Shown here piece by piece: positions 1-10,233 of a DNA stretch of 64,000 nt. The stretch is taken from NCBI GenBank assembly GCA_031549925.1, contig JAVBPA010000033.1:13498-77497 (forward strand), written 5' to 3'. Both the position numbers and the translations under genes were made by a program. The DNA comes from Eubacteriales bacterium. GTDB lineage: Bacteria > Bacillota > Clostridia > Oscillospirales > CAG-272. Positions within the stretch are counted from its first letter, which is position 1; each line of letters starts with the position of its first letter. Below the pieces are notes generated by a model. The model was not told the origin of the DNA and searched no databases. It saw only the letters and a list, made by a program, of their open reading frames with translations.

Positions 1-689
1 TTAGAGGAATTGACAGAGCGGAAATGTCGGATATACGTTCCTACCGGCAAGGCGACCACATGAAAACAATACACTGGAAATTATCGTCAAAAACCCAGGA
101 TTTGCAAGTCAAAGAATACGCGATGAATTCCGGTAAAACTGTTTATATTTTCTGTGATCTCGCTTCTCATTATAATACGGATACGGAAGATGATATATAC
201 TTTGACGATATAAACGAATACGCGGCGGATGGGATAATTGAAATCGCAATAGCAGCCGCAATGCGTGAACTTAAAACTTCGAACGCTTGCAAACTAATAT
301 GGTATGACAGCAGAATTCCGGGCGGAACGAATATATGTTTTATGGAATCCGTTGAAGATATGGAGCGCGGTTTTAAAACATTTACCACTGCGGAATTGTG
401 TCCGCGTGATAAATCCATGACTAAGCTTGTTGCCCTGATAAGTGAAACACAAGGAGTTTCTGTTATATTTGTAACTTCTCTTCTTGATTCCGATCTTATC
501 GACGGTATGGCGGAAGCATCTTCGCTTATAAATAATGTAAGTTCTTCGGGAGCTATTGAATTATATTATTACAATCCGTCAGACCGGATAAAAGACGCGC
601 AAGCCAAACAAAAACATAAAGATGTAGCGGATTCCTGCGCATCCCAGCTTATATCAACAGGAGTTCGGGTTGCGGAAATAAGACTGTAA
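1..689 (+). CDS. DUF58 domain protein (5'-truncated by window)
   Basis: IRSYRQGDHMKTIHWKLSSK..LQVKEY is the DUF58 signature; the frame is open to the window edge; followed by a transglutaminase-like gene. Confidence 0.85.
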   Translation, partial: RGIDRAEMSDIRSYRQGDHMKTIHWKLSSKTQDLQVKEYAMNSGKTVYIFCDLASHYNTDTEDDIYFDDINEYAADGIIEIAIAAAMRELKTSNACKLIWYDSRIPGGTNICFMESVEDMERGFKTFTTAELCPRDKSMTKLVALISETQGVSVIFVTSLLDSDLIDGMAEASSLINNVSSSGAIELYYYNPSDRIKDAQAKQKHKDVADSCASQLISTGVRVAEIRL

Positions 690-752
690 TAACAGATGTA
701 TACAGTGTTTGTTTATTTATGTTGAATTATATATAATATACGGAGTAATGTT

Positions 753-3653
753 TTGGATAACACCATACGTTCTGAAAATATAAAAAACAAAAAGAAAAAA
801 GTAAAAAAAATCAAACCGCCTAAAATGATATATAATGAATTTATATATTCACCGGCGCTGCAAAAAGTTAAACCGGCTGCGGTTGCGGCGGGAATTGTTT
901 TCCGCGCGTTAATTGCGTATGTCATGACAATGGGTTTGATTTTATTTATAAATGACGCTTTTAAAATAAAAATCAATATAACCCTGCTCGCTCTGATAAC
1001 ATTAATACCTGTTATGGTATTTACGCTGATGAGCCTAAAACGTTTATTTTTTATCATCGGAGCTGTTTTAACGGCTGCTGCAGCCGTGGTTGTTTCGGTT
1101 GCTTCAGGAAATATTGTCGGTTTCTGGATGAACAGTGCCGGAACACTTTGGAATCATATACTCGACAGACTCGATTATGTCGGATATAAAATTTCCGAAA
1201 GAGCTTATCTGCCGGTTGATAATACGGTTATATTTACAAACGAACAAACACTGCGGTATATGTTTTACGCAATGATTATTCTTGCGTGCGTATTTTCCGC
1301 AGTTGGATGTTTTTCCATAATCCGCCGGGTCAGAGTGATACCTATAACGATAATGTGCGCAGCTATTATGACTTCGATTTTTACGTATAATTTAAATTCT
1401 TCAAACTGGGGATTTACGCTAGTTATAGTCGCTGTCTGCGGATTGCTTGCCACAAAAATGTACGATTCCATATATAACAGAAGCGCTCCGAAAAAAGATA
1501 TCGGAACAAACAGCATAGATAAAAAATCGATAAAAAACGCCGCTTACGGAGGTTTTGCCGGAGCTGTGACTATGGTTATTTGTTTCCTCGCGCTTTTGCT
1601 GCCTACAATAAGCTGCAGAAATCAATGGGAGACAATTAATTTTATAAGCGAACCGATGGAATTGGGACGTGCTATAGTGCAGTCTGTTATAATAGGGGAA
1701 ACACCTGATATAGATATGGGATTTCTCGGCAATATGGATACGCTTAATTCAAGATCAACCGTAGCGGAAGACCGTAATTTTACCGGTAAACAAATGCTTT
1801 TAGTTTATTCAAGCTATAACATGCCCATGTATTTAAGAAGCTGGGTAGGTTCCGTTTATAACGAAGATTCCTGGAGCACGGTTTCCACTTCAAAAGCCAA
1901 GCAATACACCTCATGGTTTTATGAAGGATTTACACCGGAAATGATAAATTATAATTTCTGGAAATTAATAAATCCTAAACTTGTCAACGTAAACAGTTAC
2001 ACTTCATATTCGAATCATATAGAAGAGGGTTTTATAACTGAAACAGTAGATATTCAAAACTTGAATTCATCAGGTAATTTATTGTTTTTGGGAAATACAT
2101 ATAATCCTGAGTACGGCTTGCTTGAGTTTATGACCGAAGACAAGACGAATCTTTACAAAGGTGAATGGAAATTTTACTACGAAGGTATTGTGACAACGAG
2201 CTGGTTTAATTTCAATAAAAATTACCGTATGATATCATATGTCACATCATACAGACATGAAGATTATGCGAAAACGCTTGATAATAACACAGAGTATTAT
2301 CAGCTGATGAAATATTACATCACACAATACGCTGACATTAAAGCAGGAAGCGCCGAAGCAGATACGGCAATAAATGCCGTGCGTGAAATGCTGGATTACT
2401 ACAATTTGACCTATACTTCTCCGAATGCTTTTGAAAGATATTTAGAACTTAACGAATCAGAGAGACAAAAATTTATTTATGATCATTTTCTGCTTTCCGA
2501 TCACTATCAGGAATTCGTTTTCAATGAATATCTGGAAATTCCGGAAGAAGATGAAAAAACATTGGATGAAATAGCTCTTGAAATTTTAAATAATATAAAT
2601 TATACAGCTGAATCTAATCAGCAAATAATTAAATCGGTAACAAGTGATCCTTCCGACGTAAAAGCGCATCCTGCTCTGGCTTCTTTAAGCCGCCATGATA
2701 TTGTATTAGCAGTTGTGGATTATTTGAAAAATAATTATCAATATACTCTTACTCCTTTGACTCAAACAAATACAAGGATATCAGCTTTGAATTCGTTTTT
2801 GACTAGTACAAAGGAAGGATATTGCGTTCAGTTTGCCACTTCGGCTGCTATGATACTGCGTACAATGGGAATCCCTACACGTTATGTAGAAGGTTATCTC
2901 GTTAATAATTTAGCATACGATAAATCGGAAGACCGCTTGGCAAAATACCGCGGTATAGTTCATGATTACAATGCTCACGCCTGGATAGAAGTATACATGG
3001 GATCGGTGGGTTGGATGCTTTATGAAACAACTCCCGATTATTACAGCGATTTGTATGAACCTTATTCGTCATCACAGGGATCTGTCAGCCCGAGTTATAA
3101 TATTCCGACTCTCGAAACAGCTCCGGAAACCGAAGAGCTGGAAGATGAGACAATTGATGAAGAATCCGAAAAAACCGAATTTGATTTCCGTGCCATAATT
3201 GTTATAGTTATTATAATCGGAGTACTCGGATTGCTTTCGATACCGATATATGTTATAATGAAAATGCGTGATAAATCCATAAGAGCATTTGAAAAACGGT
3301 ATGAACTGATAAACCGCGCTATGAGAGCTCAGCTTGAACCGGAAGAAATGCGTGAAATTGCACGCAAGTTAAATGATTATATATGGCAGTTCCACAATGT
3401 CGCGAAATGCTTGCCTGAAAACGGTGAAATGCCGAATGAATATGCGTTACGCGTCGATGATTCGATAAATGATTCGCTTTTCAGTTTTAATGATATTCTG
3501 TCATATATGAACTGCGAGGAATTCGGATACGGAATGGCGCGCTGGCAGCTGCGCGAAGCCGCGGAATATACAGAAATATTATGGAATAAACTGTACGGCA
3601 GTCTTTCGCGTTTTAAACAATTTAAATACCGTCATATTAAGCGCGTTATTTGA
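753..3653 (+). CDS. Membrane protein with transglutaminase-like (TgpA-type) domain
   Basis: N-terminal TM helices; GYCVQFATSAAMILRTMGIPTRYVEGY and AHAWIEVY...WMLYETTP (Cys-His-acid triad); C-terminal TM; TTG start uncertain. Confidence 0.85.
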   Translation: MDNTIRSENIKNKKKKVKKIKPPKMIYNEFIYSPALQKVKPAAVAAGIVFRALIAYVMTMGLILFINDAFKIKINITLLALITLIPVMVFTLMSLKRLFFIIGAVLTAAAAVVVSVASGNIVGFWMNSAGTLWNHILDRLDYVGYKISERAYLPVDNTVIFTNEQTLRYMFYAMIILACVFSAVGCFSIIRRVRVIPITIMCAAIMTSIFTYNLNSSNWGFTLVIVAVCGLLATKMYDSIYNRSAPKKDIGTNSIDKKSIKNAAYGGFAGAVTMVICFLALLLPTISCRNQWETINFISEPMELGRAIVQSVIIGETPDIDMGFLGNMDTLNSRSTVAEDRNFTGKQMLLVYSSYNMPMYLRSWVGSVYNEDSWSTVSTSKAKQYTSWFYEGFTPEMINYNFWKLINPKLVNVNSYTSYSNHIEEGFITETVDIQNLNSSGNLLFLGNTYNPEYGLLEFMTEDKTNLYKGEWKFYYEGIVTTSWFNFNKNYRMISYVTSYRHEDYAKTLDNNTEYYQLMKYYITQYADIKAGSAEADTAINAVREMLDYYNLTYTSPNAFERYLELNESERQKFIYDHFLLSDHYQEFVFNEYLEIPEEDEKTLDEIALEILNNINYTAESNQQIIKSVTSDPSDVKAHPALASLSRHDIVLAVVDYLKNNYQYTLTPLTQTNTRISALNSFLTSTKEGYCVQFATSAAMILRTMGIPTRYVEGYLVNNLAYDKSEDRLAKYRGIVHDYNAHAWIEVYMGSVGWMLYETTPDYYSDLYEPYSSSQGSVSPSYNIPTLETAPETEELEDETIDEESEKTEFDFRAIIVIVIIIGVLGLLSIPIYVIMKMRDKSIRAFEKRYELINRAMRAQLEPEEMREIARKLNDYIWQFHNVAKCLPENGEMPNEYALRVDDSINDSLFSFNDILSYMNCEEFGYGMARWQLREAAEYTEILWNKLYGSLSRFKQFKYRHIKRVI

Positions 3654-3768
3654 AACGGAAAAAAATTGTTTTACAGGATTTTTAACCAAAAAATGTTTAT
3701 GTAATTGAAAATCGTTTACATAAAATAATTTTGCAAAACTATTATGTAAGAAGAGAATAAATTATTGT

Positions 3769-4137
3769 ATGAAACCTAATGAAATGAGTGTTCAGGCACT
3801 TGCGTATCTCGGCGATGCGGTTTTTGAATTAACAGCGCGGGAAAAAGCGATTAGCTCCGGCGTATATGAAATCGGAAAGCTGAATGAAATTGTAAAAAAT
3901 TATGTAAAAGCAACAGCTCAAAGCGAAGCTGTCGGAAGGCTTGAACCTCATTTAAACGAAGAAGAAATTTCCGTTTATAAAAGAGGCAGAAATTATCACG
4001 GTACATCACTACCCAAAAGCGCGACAGCCGGAGAATACCGCCGTGCTACCGGTCTTGAAGTATTATTTGCTTTTCTTTATTTAAACAACAAGCACGAAAG
4101 ATTGAACCAATTATTTGACATAGCATTTAACGGATAA
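3769..4137 (+). CDS. mrnC: Mini-ribonuclease III
   Basis: ALAYLGDAVFEL, YKRGRN and YRRATGLEVLFAFLYL motifs; 122 aa with no dsRBD. Confidence 0.9.
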   Translation: MKPNEMSVQALAYLGDAVFELTAREKAISSGVYEIGKLNEIVKNYVKATAQSEAVGRLEPHLNEEEISVYKRGRNYHGTSLPKSATAGEYRRATGLEVLFAFLYLNNKHERLNQLFDIAFNG

Positions 4138-4242
4138 ATAAATTCCCGTATAAACTATAGCAAGGCAAGTAAAATGTCAATGAAATATAACACAACAATA
4201 TATTGAAAATTATGATAAAAAATATAAAAAGGGGATGTCAAT

Positions 4243-5199
4243 ATGTATTATATCGGAATCGACCTTGGCGGAACAAATATCGCAGCTGGAATTGTAAATG
4301 AAAATTGGGAAATTATAAAAAAGGGAAGCGTACCTACGGGAGCGGAAAGAACCCCTGTTGAAATAGTCGATGATATGGCTGCTCTGATTAATAATTTGAT
4401 TTTGGAATCTGATATTTCCTATGATGAAATCGCAGGAGCCGGGATTGCTTCTCCCGGAACAGTGAACAAAGCAACCGGTTCCGTGGCTTATGCAAATAAT
4501 CTTCCTTTCCGCAGCTTCCCGATATGTTCTTTGCTTAAAGAACGCACTCATTTGAAAAATGTATTTATTGATAACGATGCAAATGCCGCCGCATTGGGAG
4601 AAGCGGTCGCGGGTGCAGCTAAAGGCTCAAGCTGTTCCGTTATGATAACTCTGGGAACGGGAGTAGGCGGAGGTATAATAATAGACGGCAAGGTTTATTC
4701 CGGATTTAATTATGCGGGAGCTGAGCTTGGACATATAGTCATAGTACACGGCGGCGAAAAATGTTCTTGCGGAAGATGCGGCTGCTGGGAAGCTTACAGC
4801 TCTGCTACTGCCCTTATCCGAATGACAAGAGAAAAAATGCTTGAAACAAAAGATACTGTCATGTGGTCGATGTGCGAGGACAGTATCGATAAAATAAGCG
4901 GAAAAACAGCGTTTGCGGCAGCAAGAAACCAGGACAGGGCAGGCAAAGAAGTAGTTGATGAATATCTTTCGTATTTGGCTTGCGGACTTACCAACATATT
5001 AAACATATTCCAGCCTGAAATTTTGTCTATCGGCGGAGGAATCTCAAACGAAAAAGATAATTTGATAGTTCCGCTTGAAAAATTAATCCGTGCCGAAGAA
5101 TACGGCGCAAGCGTGGTAGACAGACCGTTTACTAAAATAAAAATCGCAGAATTACGCAATGACGCCGGAATAATCGGAGCTGCCGCATTAGTTTTATAA
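4243..5199 (+). CDS. ROK family sugar kinase (glucokinase-like)
   Basis: GIDLGGT, NDANAAALGE, GTGVGGG, ELGH, CSCGRCGCWE. Confidence 0.9.
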   Translation: MYYIGIDLGGTNIAAGIVNENWEIIKKGSVPTGAERTPVEIVDDMAALINNLILESDISYDEIAGAGIASPGTVNKATGSVAYANNLPFRSFPICSLLKERTHLKNVFIDNDANAAALGEAVAGAAKGSSCSVMITLGTGVGGGIIIDGKVYSGFNYAGAELGHIVIVHGGEKCSCGRCGCWEAYSSATALIRMTREKMLETKDTVMWSMCEDSIDKISGKTAFAAARNQDRAGKEVVDEYLSYLACGLTNILNIFQPEILSIGGGISNEKDNLIVPLEKLIRAEEYGASVVDRPFTKIKIAELRNDAGIIGAAALVL

Positions 5200-5317
5200 A
5201 AAACATACAAATTATAATTTAAAACAATATATTTAACAAAGGTTGATTCCAGTGCTACAATTTTCATTAAGTATTTTAAGTTATTATTTTCTATAAAAAT
5301 TATTAAACAAATATAAA

Positions 5318-5358
5318 ATTACCGAAACTTTTATCTATTGGTTTCGGTAATAATTTTT
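5318..5358. terminator. Probable bidirectional intrinsic terminator between convergent genes
   Basis: ATTACCGAAAC (5318-5328) pairs with GTTTCGGTAAT (5341-5351); A/T-rich flanks. Confidence 0.6.
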
Positions 5359-5453
5359 TATCTTTTAATATTTTTCAATAAGAAAATAAGGCAATCGTCA
5401 GCCGATAACTACCGTATTTTTATCATTATATAATATTTTATAATATTTTTCTG

Positions 5454-6311
5454 TTATATTAATTCATCTTGAATTTTCGGATTACATAAAAACGAAGTAT
5501 AACCGCAGGCAGTTAATTTTAAAAATGCTTTTGACGCTTTTTCATTATCATAAAAAATACCGAAAACAGAAGGACCGCTTCCGCTCATACAAACACCCGC
5601 CGCTCCGCATTCAAGCATTATATTTTTTATTGTTTTGTCATATTCAGATACGATCTCAAAAGCATTATACAATTCTGAAGCTATATTTTTTATATTTAAT
5701 TCGGTTATGGCTTTTTGCATTTTATCTATGCTTTTTATTTCGCGGTTTTGTTTTTTATCAAGCTCTGAAAAAGCTTGCTTTGTTAAAATACGTTTTTTAT
5801 CGATTGATATAACTATGTAACACATGGGAATACCGGTATATTTAATATATTTATCGCCTGTTCCGTATATATAACATGTTCCTCCGACAATACAAAAAGG
5901 CACATCTGAACCGATTTTACTTCCGAGTAAACAAATTTGTTCTTCTGTTAGTGATGTATCATATAATTTATTAAGAGCTATCAGAGCTGAAGCAGCATTT
6001 GAGCTTCCCCCTCCGAGACCTGCCGCGGCAGGTATTTTTTTTTCTAAATTAAAAACCGCTCCGCCTTTTATATTGAATTCGGAAAAAAACAATTTCGCGG
6101 CTTTAAGAATTAAATTACAATCATCTGTCGGAAGAGTGGAATCATCGCATGTTAAAGTTATTTCGCTTTCCGTTTTATTTACGTTCAGCGTATCGAAAAG
6201 ACTGACAGACTGCATAAAGCTTTCTATATTATGATAGCCGCTTTCCAGCAATTCATGAATTTCCAAAAACAAATTTATTTTTGCGTATGAATAAATCGTT
6301 ATATTGTCCAA
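5454..6311 (-). CDS. ispE: 4-diphosphocytidyl-2-C-methyl-D-erythritol kinase
   Basis: AKINLFL, KKIPAAAGLGGGSSNAA, GSDVPF, MSGSGPSVFG. Confidence 0.93.
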   Translation of the reverse strand: MDNITIYSYAKINLFLEIHELLESGYHNIESFMQSVSLFDTLNVNKTESEITLTCDDSTLPTDDCNLILKAAKLFFSEFNIKGGAVFNLEKKIPAAAGLGGGSSNAASALIALNKLYDTSLTEEQICLLGSKIGSDVPFCIVGGTCYIYGTGDKYIKYTGIPMCYIVISIDKKRILTKQAFSELDKKQNREIKSIDKMQKAITELNIKNIASELYNAFEIVSEYDKTIKNIMLECGAAGVCMSGSGPSVFGIFYDNEKASKAFLKLTACGYTSFLCNPKIQDELI

Positions 6312-6508
6312 TCGTACTTTATCTCCTTGGATTTATTGATAAACGATAATATTTTATTATAAAACAAACAATTTGTCAATATATATACAAAATAAAGATA
6401 TAAATTAAATATTACAAAAAATCTTAAAATATTCCGCTCCTTTTTTGGTTTTCAATGGATTTATTATAAAGCATTTACATTACAAGAATTATAAAATACT
6501 GATTCGTT

Positions 6509-6536
6509 ACTTTTATCGGAGTAGTGCATATTATAT
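6509..6536 (+). promoter_or_regulatory. Putative mother-cell (sigmaK/sigmaE-type) promoter
   Basis: AC (6509-6510), 16 bp, CATATTAT (6527-6534); the same TGCATATTATAT 12-mer lies upstream of spoVM. Confidence 0.45.
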
Positions 6537-6576
6537 ATCAAGGGTCGTATTAAAAATATTTATCGGAGCTTAAATT

Positions 6577-6798
6577 ATGACAAGATGTATAATAACAACA
6601 AGCACTATAACAATAGCATTGCACGGACAAAAAATATTAGGAGATTATGCGGTGGGATCTACATTGGTTAAATTGAGCAGCAACGAAACGAAGCAAGGAT
6701 GCGCGCACGGAATTCAAGTAAATTGTTCATCGGTTGATGCCGCCAAAAATATACTTGACCGTCACGGAGTTAAATATACAACGGTGATATATAAATGA
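6577..6798 (+). CDS. DUF3343-like small protein
   Basis: 73 aa with S.T.A....K.L and GC..GI pattern; overlaps the start of the cysteine desulfurase gene. Confidence 0.65.
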   Translation: MTRCIITTSTITIALHGQKILGDYAVGSTLVKLSSNETKQGCAHGIQVNCSSVDAAKNILDRHGVKYTTVIYK

Positions 6799-7934
6799 TT
6801 TATTTTGATAATGCCGCAACATCATATCCCAAGCCTCCGGAAGTGCTTCGGATAATATATAAAACGATGACCGAATACGGCGGAAATCCCGGGAGAAGTT
6901 CTCACTCCCTGTCTCTTGCGGCCGCTAAAATGGTTTATCAGTGCCGTGAAAGTATCGCGGAGCATTTTGGCGGAAATCCGGAAAACGTAGTATTCACATA
7001 CAATGCGACCTACGCTTTAAATATTGCAGTAAAATCAGTTGCCGGAAAATACGGCAGAATATTAATATCAGATATAGAACATAATGCCGTTTACAGACCG
7101 GTAACCGCTTTGACTCGAACAGGATTAGGCTGCGATATTTTCCATGTCAGCGATAATTCTGATGAAACAATTAAAAATTTTTGTGATAAATTATGCGGTG
7201 AAACAAAAATAGTTGTTGTTAATTTAAGTTCGAATGTATGCGGATTGTCGGTTCCCGCAGATAAAATCGGGCAGCTTTGCAGAGAACGCGGTATCATTTT
7301 CATAGCTGACGCTTCTCAGTGTGCCGGAAGCAAAAACATTAATATGGAAAAATGCTGTATCGATATATTATGCGCTCCTGGTCATAAAGGCTTGATGGGG
7401 CCTCAGGGATGCGGATTTGCGGTTTTCGGTTCTGCTTTTTCCGGTGAAAACGCTGCGAATTTAAAAACTTTCGCGGAAGGCGGGAGCGGTTCGGCTTCAC
7501 TTGAAAGAACTATGCCTGCATTTTTACCGGAGAGACTCGAGGCCGGAACTTTGTCAACTCCTGCGATAGCAGGGCTTTTGGCAGGGCTTAATTTTGTGAA
7601 GCATATCGGTGTAGATGAAATTGCGGATCATGAAAAAAAATTATTTATACGGGCAAATGAAATGCTTTACAATACAAACGGGGTTACCGTATATGTTCCG
7701 CAATGTTCCGGTTCGATTTTATTGTTCAATATAGAAGGCGTATTACCGTCGGAAGCGGCTGAAGTGTTCGACAGTGATAATATATGCGTAAGAGCAGGTT
7801 ATCATTGCGCTCCTCTTCCCCACAATATGCTGAAAACAGGGAAGAACGGAGCAATAAGAGCAAGCTTTGGAGCATATAACCGCTTATCGGAACTCGATTC
7901 ATTTTATCGTGTCGTAAAAAAACTTATTAAATAA
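6795..7934 (+). CDS. Cysteine desulfurase family (class V PLP) enzyme
   Basis: IYFDNAATS, GNPGRSSH, APGHKGLMGPQG, EAGT, VRAGYHCAP. Confidence 0.9.
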   Translation: MIYFDNAATSYPKPPEVLRIIYKTMTEYGGNPGRSSHSLSLAAAKMVYQCRESIAEHFGGNPENVVFTYNATYALNIAVKSVAGKYGRILISDIEHNAVYRPVTALTRTGLGCDIFHVSDNSDETIKNFCDKLCGETKIVVVNLSSNVCGLSVPADKIGQLCRERGIIFIADASQCAGSKNINMEKCCIDILCAPGHKGLMGPQGCGFAVFGSAFSGENAANLKTFAEGGSGSASLERTMPAFLPERLEAGTLSTPAIAGLLAGLNFVKHIGVDEIADHEKKLFIRANEMLYNTNGVTVYVPQCSGSILLFNIEGVLPSEAAEVFDSDNICVRAGYHCAPLPHNMLKTGKNGAIRASFGAYNRLSELDSFYRVVKKLIK

Positions 7935-7962
7935 TTTCCAAGCATTTGCAGTTTGAATTTTG

Positions 7963-7990
7963 TCAGTATTGTGAATTCAGTATTGTGAAT
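7963..7990. repeat. 14-bp tandem duplication TCAGTATTGTGAAT x2
   Basis: Exact copies at 7963-7976 and 7977-7990. Confidence 0.85.
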
Positions 7991-8042
7991 AATGTATAAA
8001 AATAAATACCATTGAAAAAAGAAGCTTTCCTGTAATATTTTT

Positions 8043-8072
8043 AAAAAGAAGATCGTAGGAGATCTTCTTTTT
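8043..8072 (+). terminator. Intrinsic terminator hairpin
   Basis: AAAAAGAAGATC-gtagga-GATCTTCTTTTT. Confidence 0.7.
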
Positions 8073-8115
8073 CTTGTTACATTTAGAAATCAACATGCTT
8101 TAATATTTATTATAC

Positions 8116-8144
8116 TTGATTTATTGATAACAGTAATATATAAT
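8116..8144 (+). promoter_or_regulatory. sigmaA promoter
   Basis: TTGATT-17 bp-TATAAT ahead of the 8177 gene. Confidence 0.6.
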
Positions 8145-8176
8145 TAAAATAAGAAATACCGAAAGGGGATTATATA

Positions 8177-8956
8177 ATGACAAACAGAAAATCTATATAT
8201 CTTGACTGTATCGGCGAAGGAACTATGGAGCAAAAGCTTGAAGCCGCTAAAAAAGCGGGTTTCGCGGCAGTGGAACTGCCTACTATCGAAGAAGATAAAC
8301 GCGCTGAAGTAAAAGAGTTATTTGCGAAATACGAGCTTATTTGCCCTTCAATTATGACAAGCGGAGCCTGGAATTTTCCTGCGACATCTCCTGATCCGAA
8401 CATAAGGGAAAAAAGCGCTGAATGTTATATAAAAGCAATAGACACTGCGGTATATATGGGATGTGATACAATATTGACTGTTCCCGGCGGACTTAACTCT
8501 GAAATTACATATGAAATAGCTTGGGAAAACGCGCCTAAAACGCTTTCTGCCGTATTGCCGTACGCAAAAGAAAAAAATGTAACTATGGCAATTGAGAATG
8601 TATGGAACAAATTTTTAATCAGCCCCCGCGAAATGGTTCAATTTATTGATCAATTCAATTCCGAATATGTAGCTGCTTATTTTGATATAGGAAACATTGT
8701 ATTTTACGGTATACCGCAGCATTGGATAAAATCCCTTGGCAAACGCATAAAACGCGTACATATAAAGGGATTTTCTATGTCAGGCTTTTCGGGTTTTACA
8801 TGGTCTTCTCTGCCTCAGTCCACAATCGACTGGAAAGCTGTTAATAATGCGCTGAAAGAAGTCGGATATAATAGCTGGATAACCGCAGAGCTTGGTCCTG
8901 ATGAGCGGGGACTCGAAGCGATTGCAAAAGATATCGACGATATTTTAAATCTGTAA
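8177..8956 (+). CDS. Sugar phosphate isomerase/epimerase (xylose-isomerase-like TIM barrel)
   Basis: GFAAVEL, MAIENVWNKFL, YFDIGN, RVHIKG, WITAEL metal ligands. Confidence 0.85.
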   Translation: MTNRKSIYLDCIGEGTMEQKLEAAKKAGFAAVELPTIEEDKRAEVKELFAKYELICPSIMTSGAWNFPATSPDPNIREKSAECYIKAIDTAVYMGCDTILTVPGGLNSEITYEIAWENAPKTLSAVLPYAKEKNVTMAIENVWNKFLISPREMVQFIDQFNSEYVAAYFDIGNIVFYGIPQHWIKSLGKRIKRVHIKGFSMSGFSGFTWSSLPQSTIDWKAVNNALKEVGYNSWITAELGPDERGLEAIAKDIDDILNL

Positions 8957-8962
8957 TTAATT

Positions 8963-10213
8963 ATGATAAGCGCTAAACCGAACGGATTTACAAGAAACGA
9001 AGTGGAAGCGGCTGCGGCCTCTTCAATATCCGGTAAAAGCTTAAAAAAAGTATTGCTGCTCCCTCCGGATTATACCCGTATGTATTCGGGAGCAGGGATG
9101 ATAACCGCTGTTTATTATAAATTATTATCGCAATTCGCGGAAGTTGACGTTATGCCCGCGCTCGGAACACATGTTCCGATGACTAAAAATGAAATTGAAA
9201 TCTTTTTTGAGGGAGCTGTACCTCCGGAACGTATAATTTATCATAATTGGCGGACGGATGTTGTAAAAATCGGAACAATACCGGCTGAATTTGTAAGTGT
9301 TGTTTCAGAGGGATTGGTTAATACAAAAATTGATGTCGAAGTTAACAAACGTATCATTGACCCAAGTTATGATTTGATAATTTCAATAGGGCAGGTAGTT
9401 CCCCATGAAGTTGTAGGCATGGCAAACTATTCAAAAAATATATTTGTCGGCTGCGGCGGTTCTTCGATGATAAACAGTTCCCATATGCTCGGGGCTTTTT
9501 ACGGCATGGAAAGAATAATGGGTAAGGATTTTTCGCCGGTCAGACGTGTTTTTGACTACGCGGAGGAAAATTTTTTGTCAAATGTACCGCTTTTATATGT
9601 ATTAACCGTTACTACAAACAGAGGAGACGATATCTCACTCCATGGAATGTGGTTCGGCCGCGCAAGATCGGATTTTGAAGAAGCGGTTGCTCTCAGTCAG
9701 GAAAAAAATCTTACTTATTTAGATAATCCGCAAACAAAAATTATAGTAAATTTGGATGAACGTGAATTTAAGAGTACTTGGCTCGGAAATAAAGCAATAT
9801 ACCGTACCAGAATGGCTATAGCTGACGGAGGAGAACTTATTGTATTGGCTCCGGGAGTTAATAAATTCGGAGAGGACTCCGAAAATGACCGATTGATACG
9901 TAAATACGGTTATGTCGGACGTGAAACAGTATTAAAACTTGTCAGTGAAAACGAAGACCTGCGTAATAATTTGTCGGTCGCCGCACATTTGATTCACGGT
10001 TCTTCAGACGGAAGATTTTCTGTTACATATGCCTCGAAACATTTGACGCGGGAAGAAATTGAAAATGCGGCTTTTTTGTATATGCCGTACGATGAAGCTA
10101 TTGTTAAATATTCTGTAAAATCATTATGCGAAGGATATAATACGCTGCCGAACGGTGAAACGGTTTATTATATTTCAAATCCCGCGCTTGGATTATGGTC
10201 GGTGCGAAAATAA
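8963..10213 (+). CDS. Lactate-racemase (LarA/DUF2088) superfamily protein, probable sugar-acid 2-epimerase
   Basis: LLPPDYTR, ALGTH, IIYHNW, VVPHEVVGMANYSKNIFVG motifs typical of LarA homologues. Confidence 0.8.
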   Translation: MISAKPNGFTRNEVEAAAASSISGKSLKKVLLLPPDYTRMYSGAGMITAVYYKLLSQFAEVDVMPALGTHVPMTKNEIEIFFEGAVPPERIIYHNWRTDVVKIGTIPAEFVSVVSEGLVNTKIDVEVNKRIIDPSYDLIISIGQVVPHEVVGMANYSKNIFVGCGGSSMINSSHMLGAFYGMERIMGKDFSPVRRVFDYAEENFLSNVPLLYVLTVTTNRGDDISLHGMWFGRARSDFEEAVALSQEKNLTYLDNPQTKIIVNLDEREFKSTWLGNKAIYRTRMAIADGGELIVLAPGVNKFGEDSENDRLIRKYGYVGRETVLKLVSENEDLRNNLSVAAHLIHGSSDGRFSVTYASKHLTREEIENAAFLYMPYDEAIVKYSVKSLCEGYNTLPNGETVYYISNPALGLWSVRK

Positions 10214-10233
10214 AATACCGGAGGGTTTTTGGA

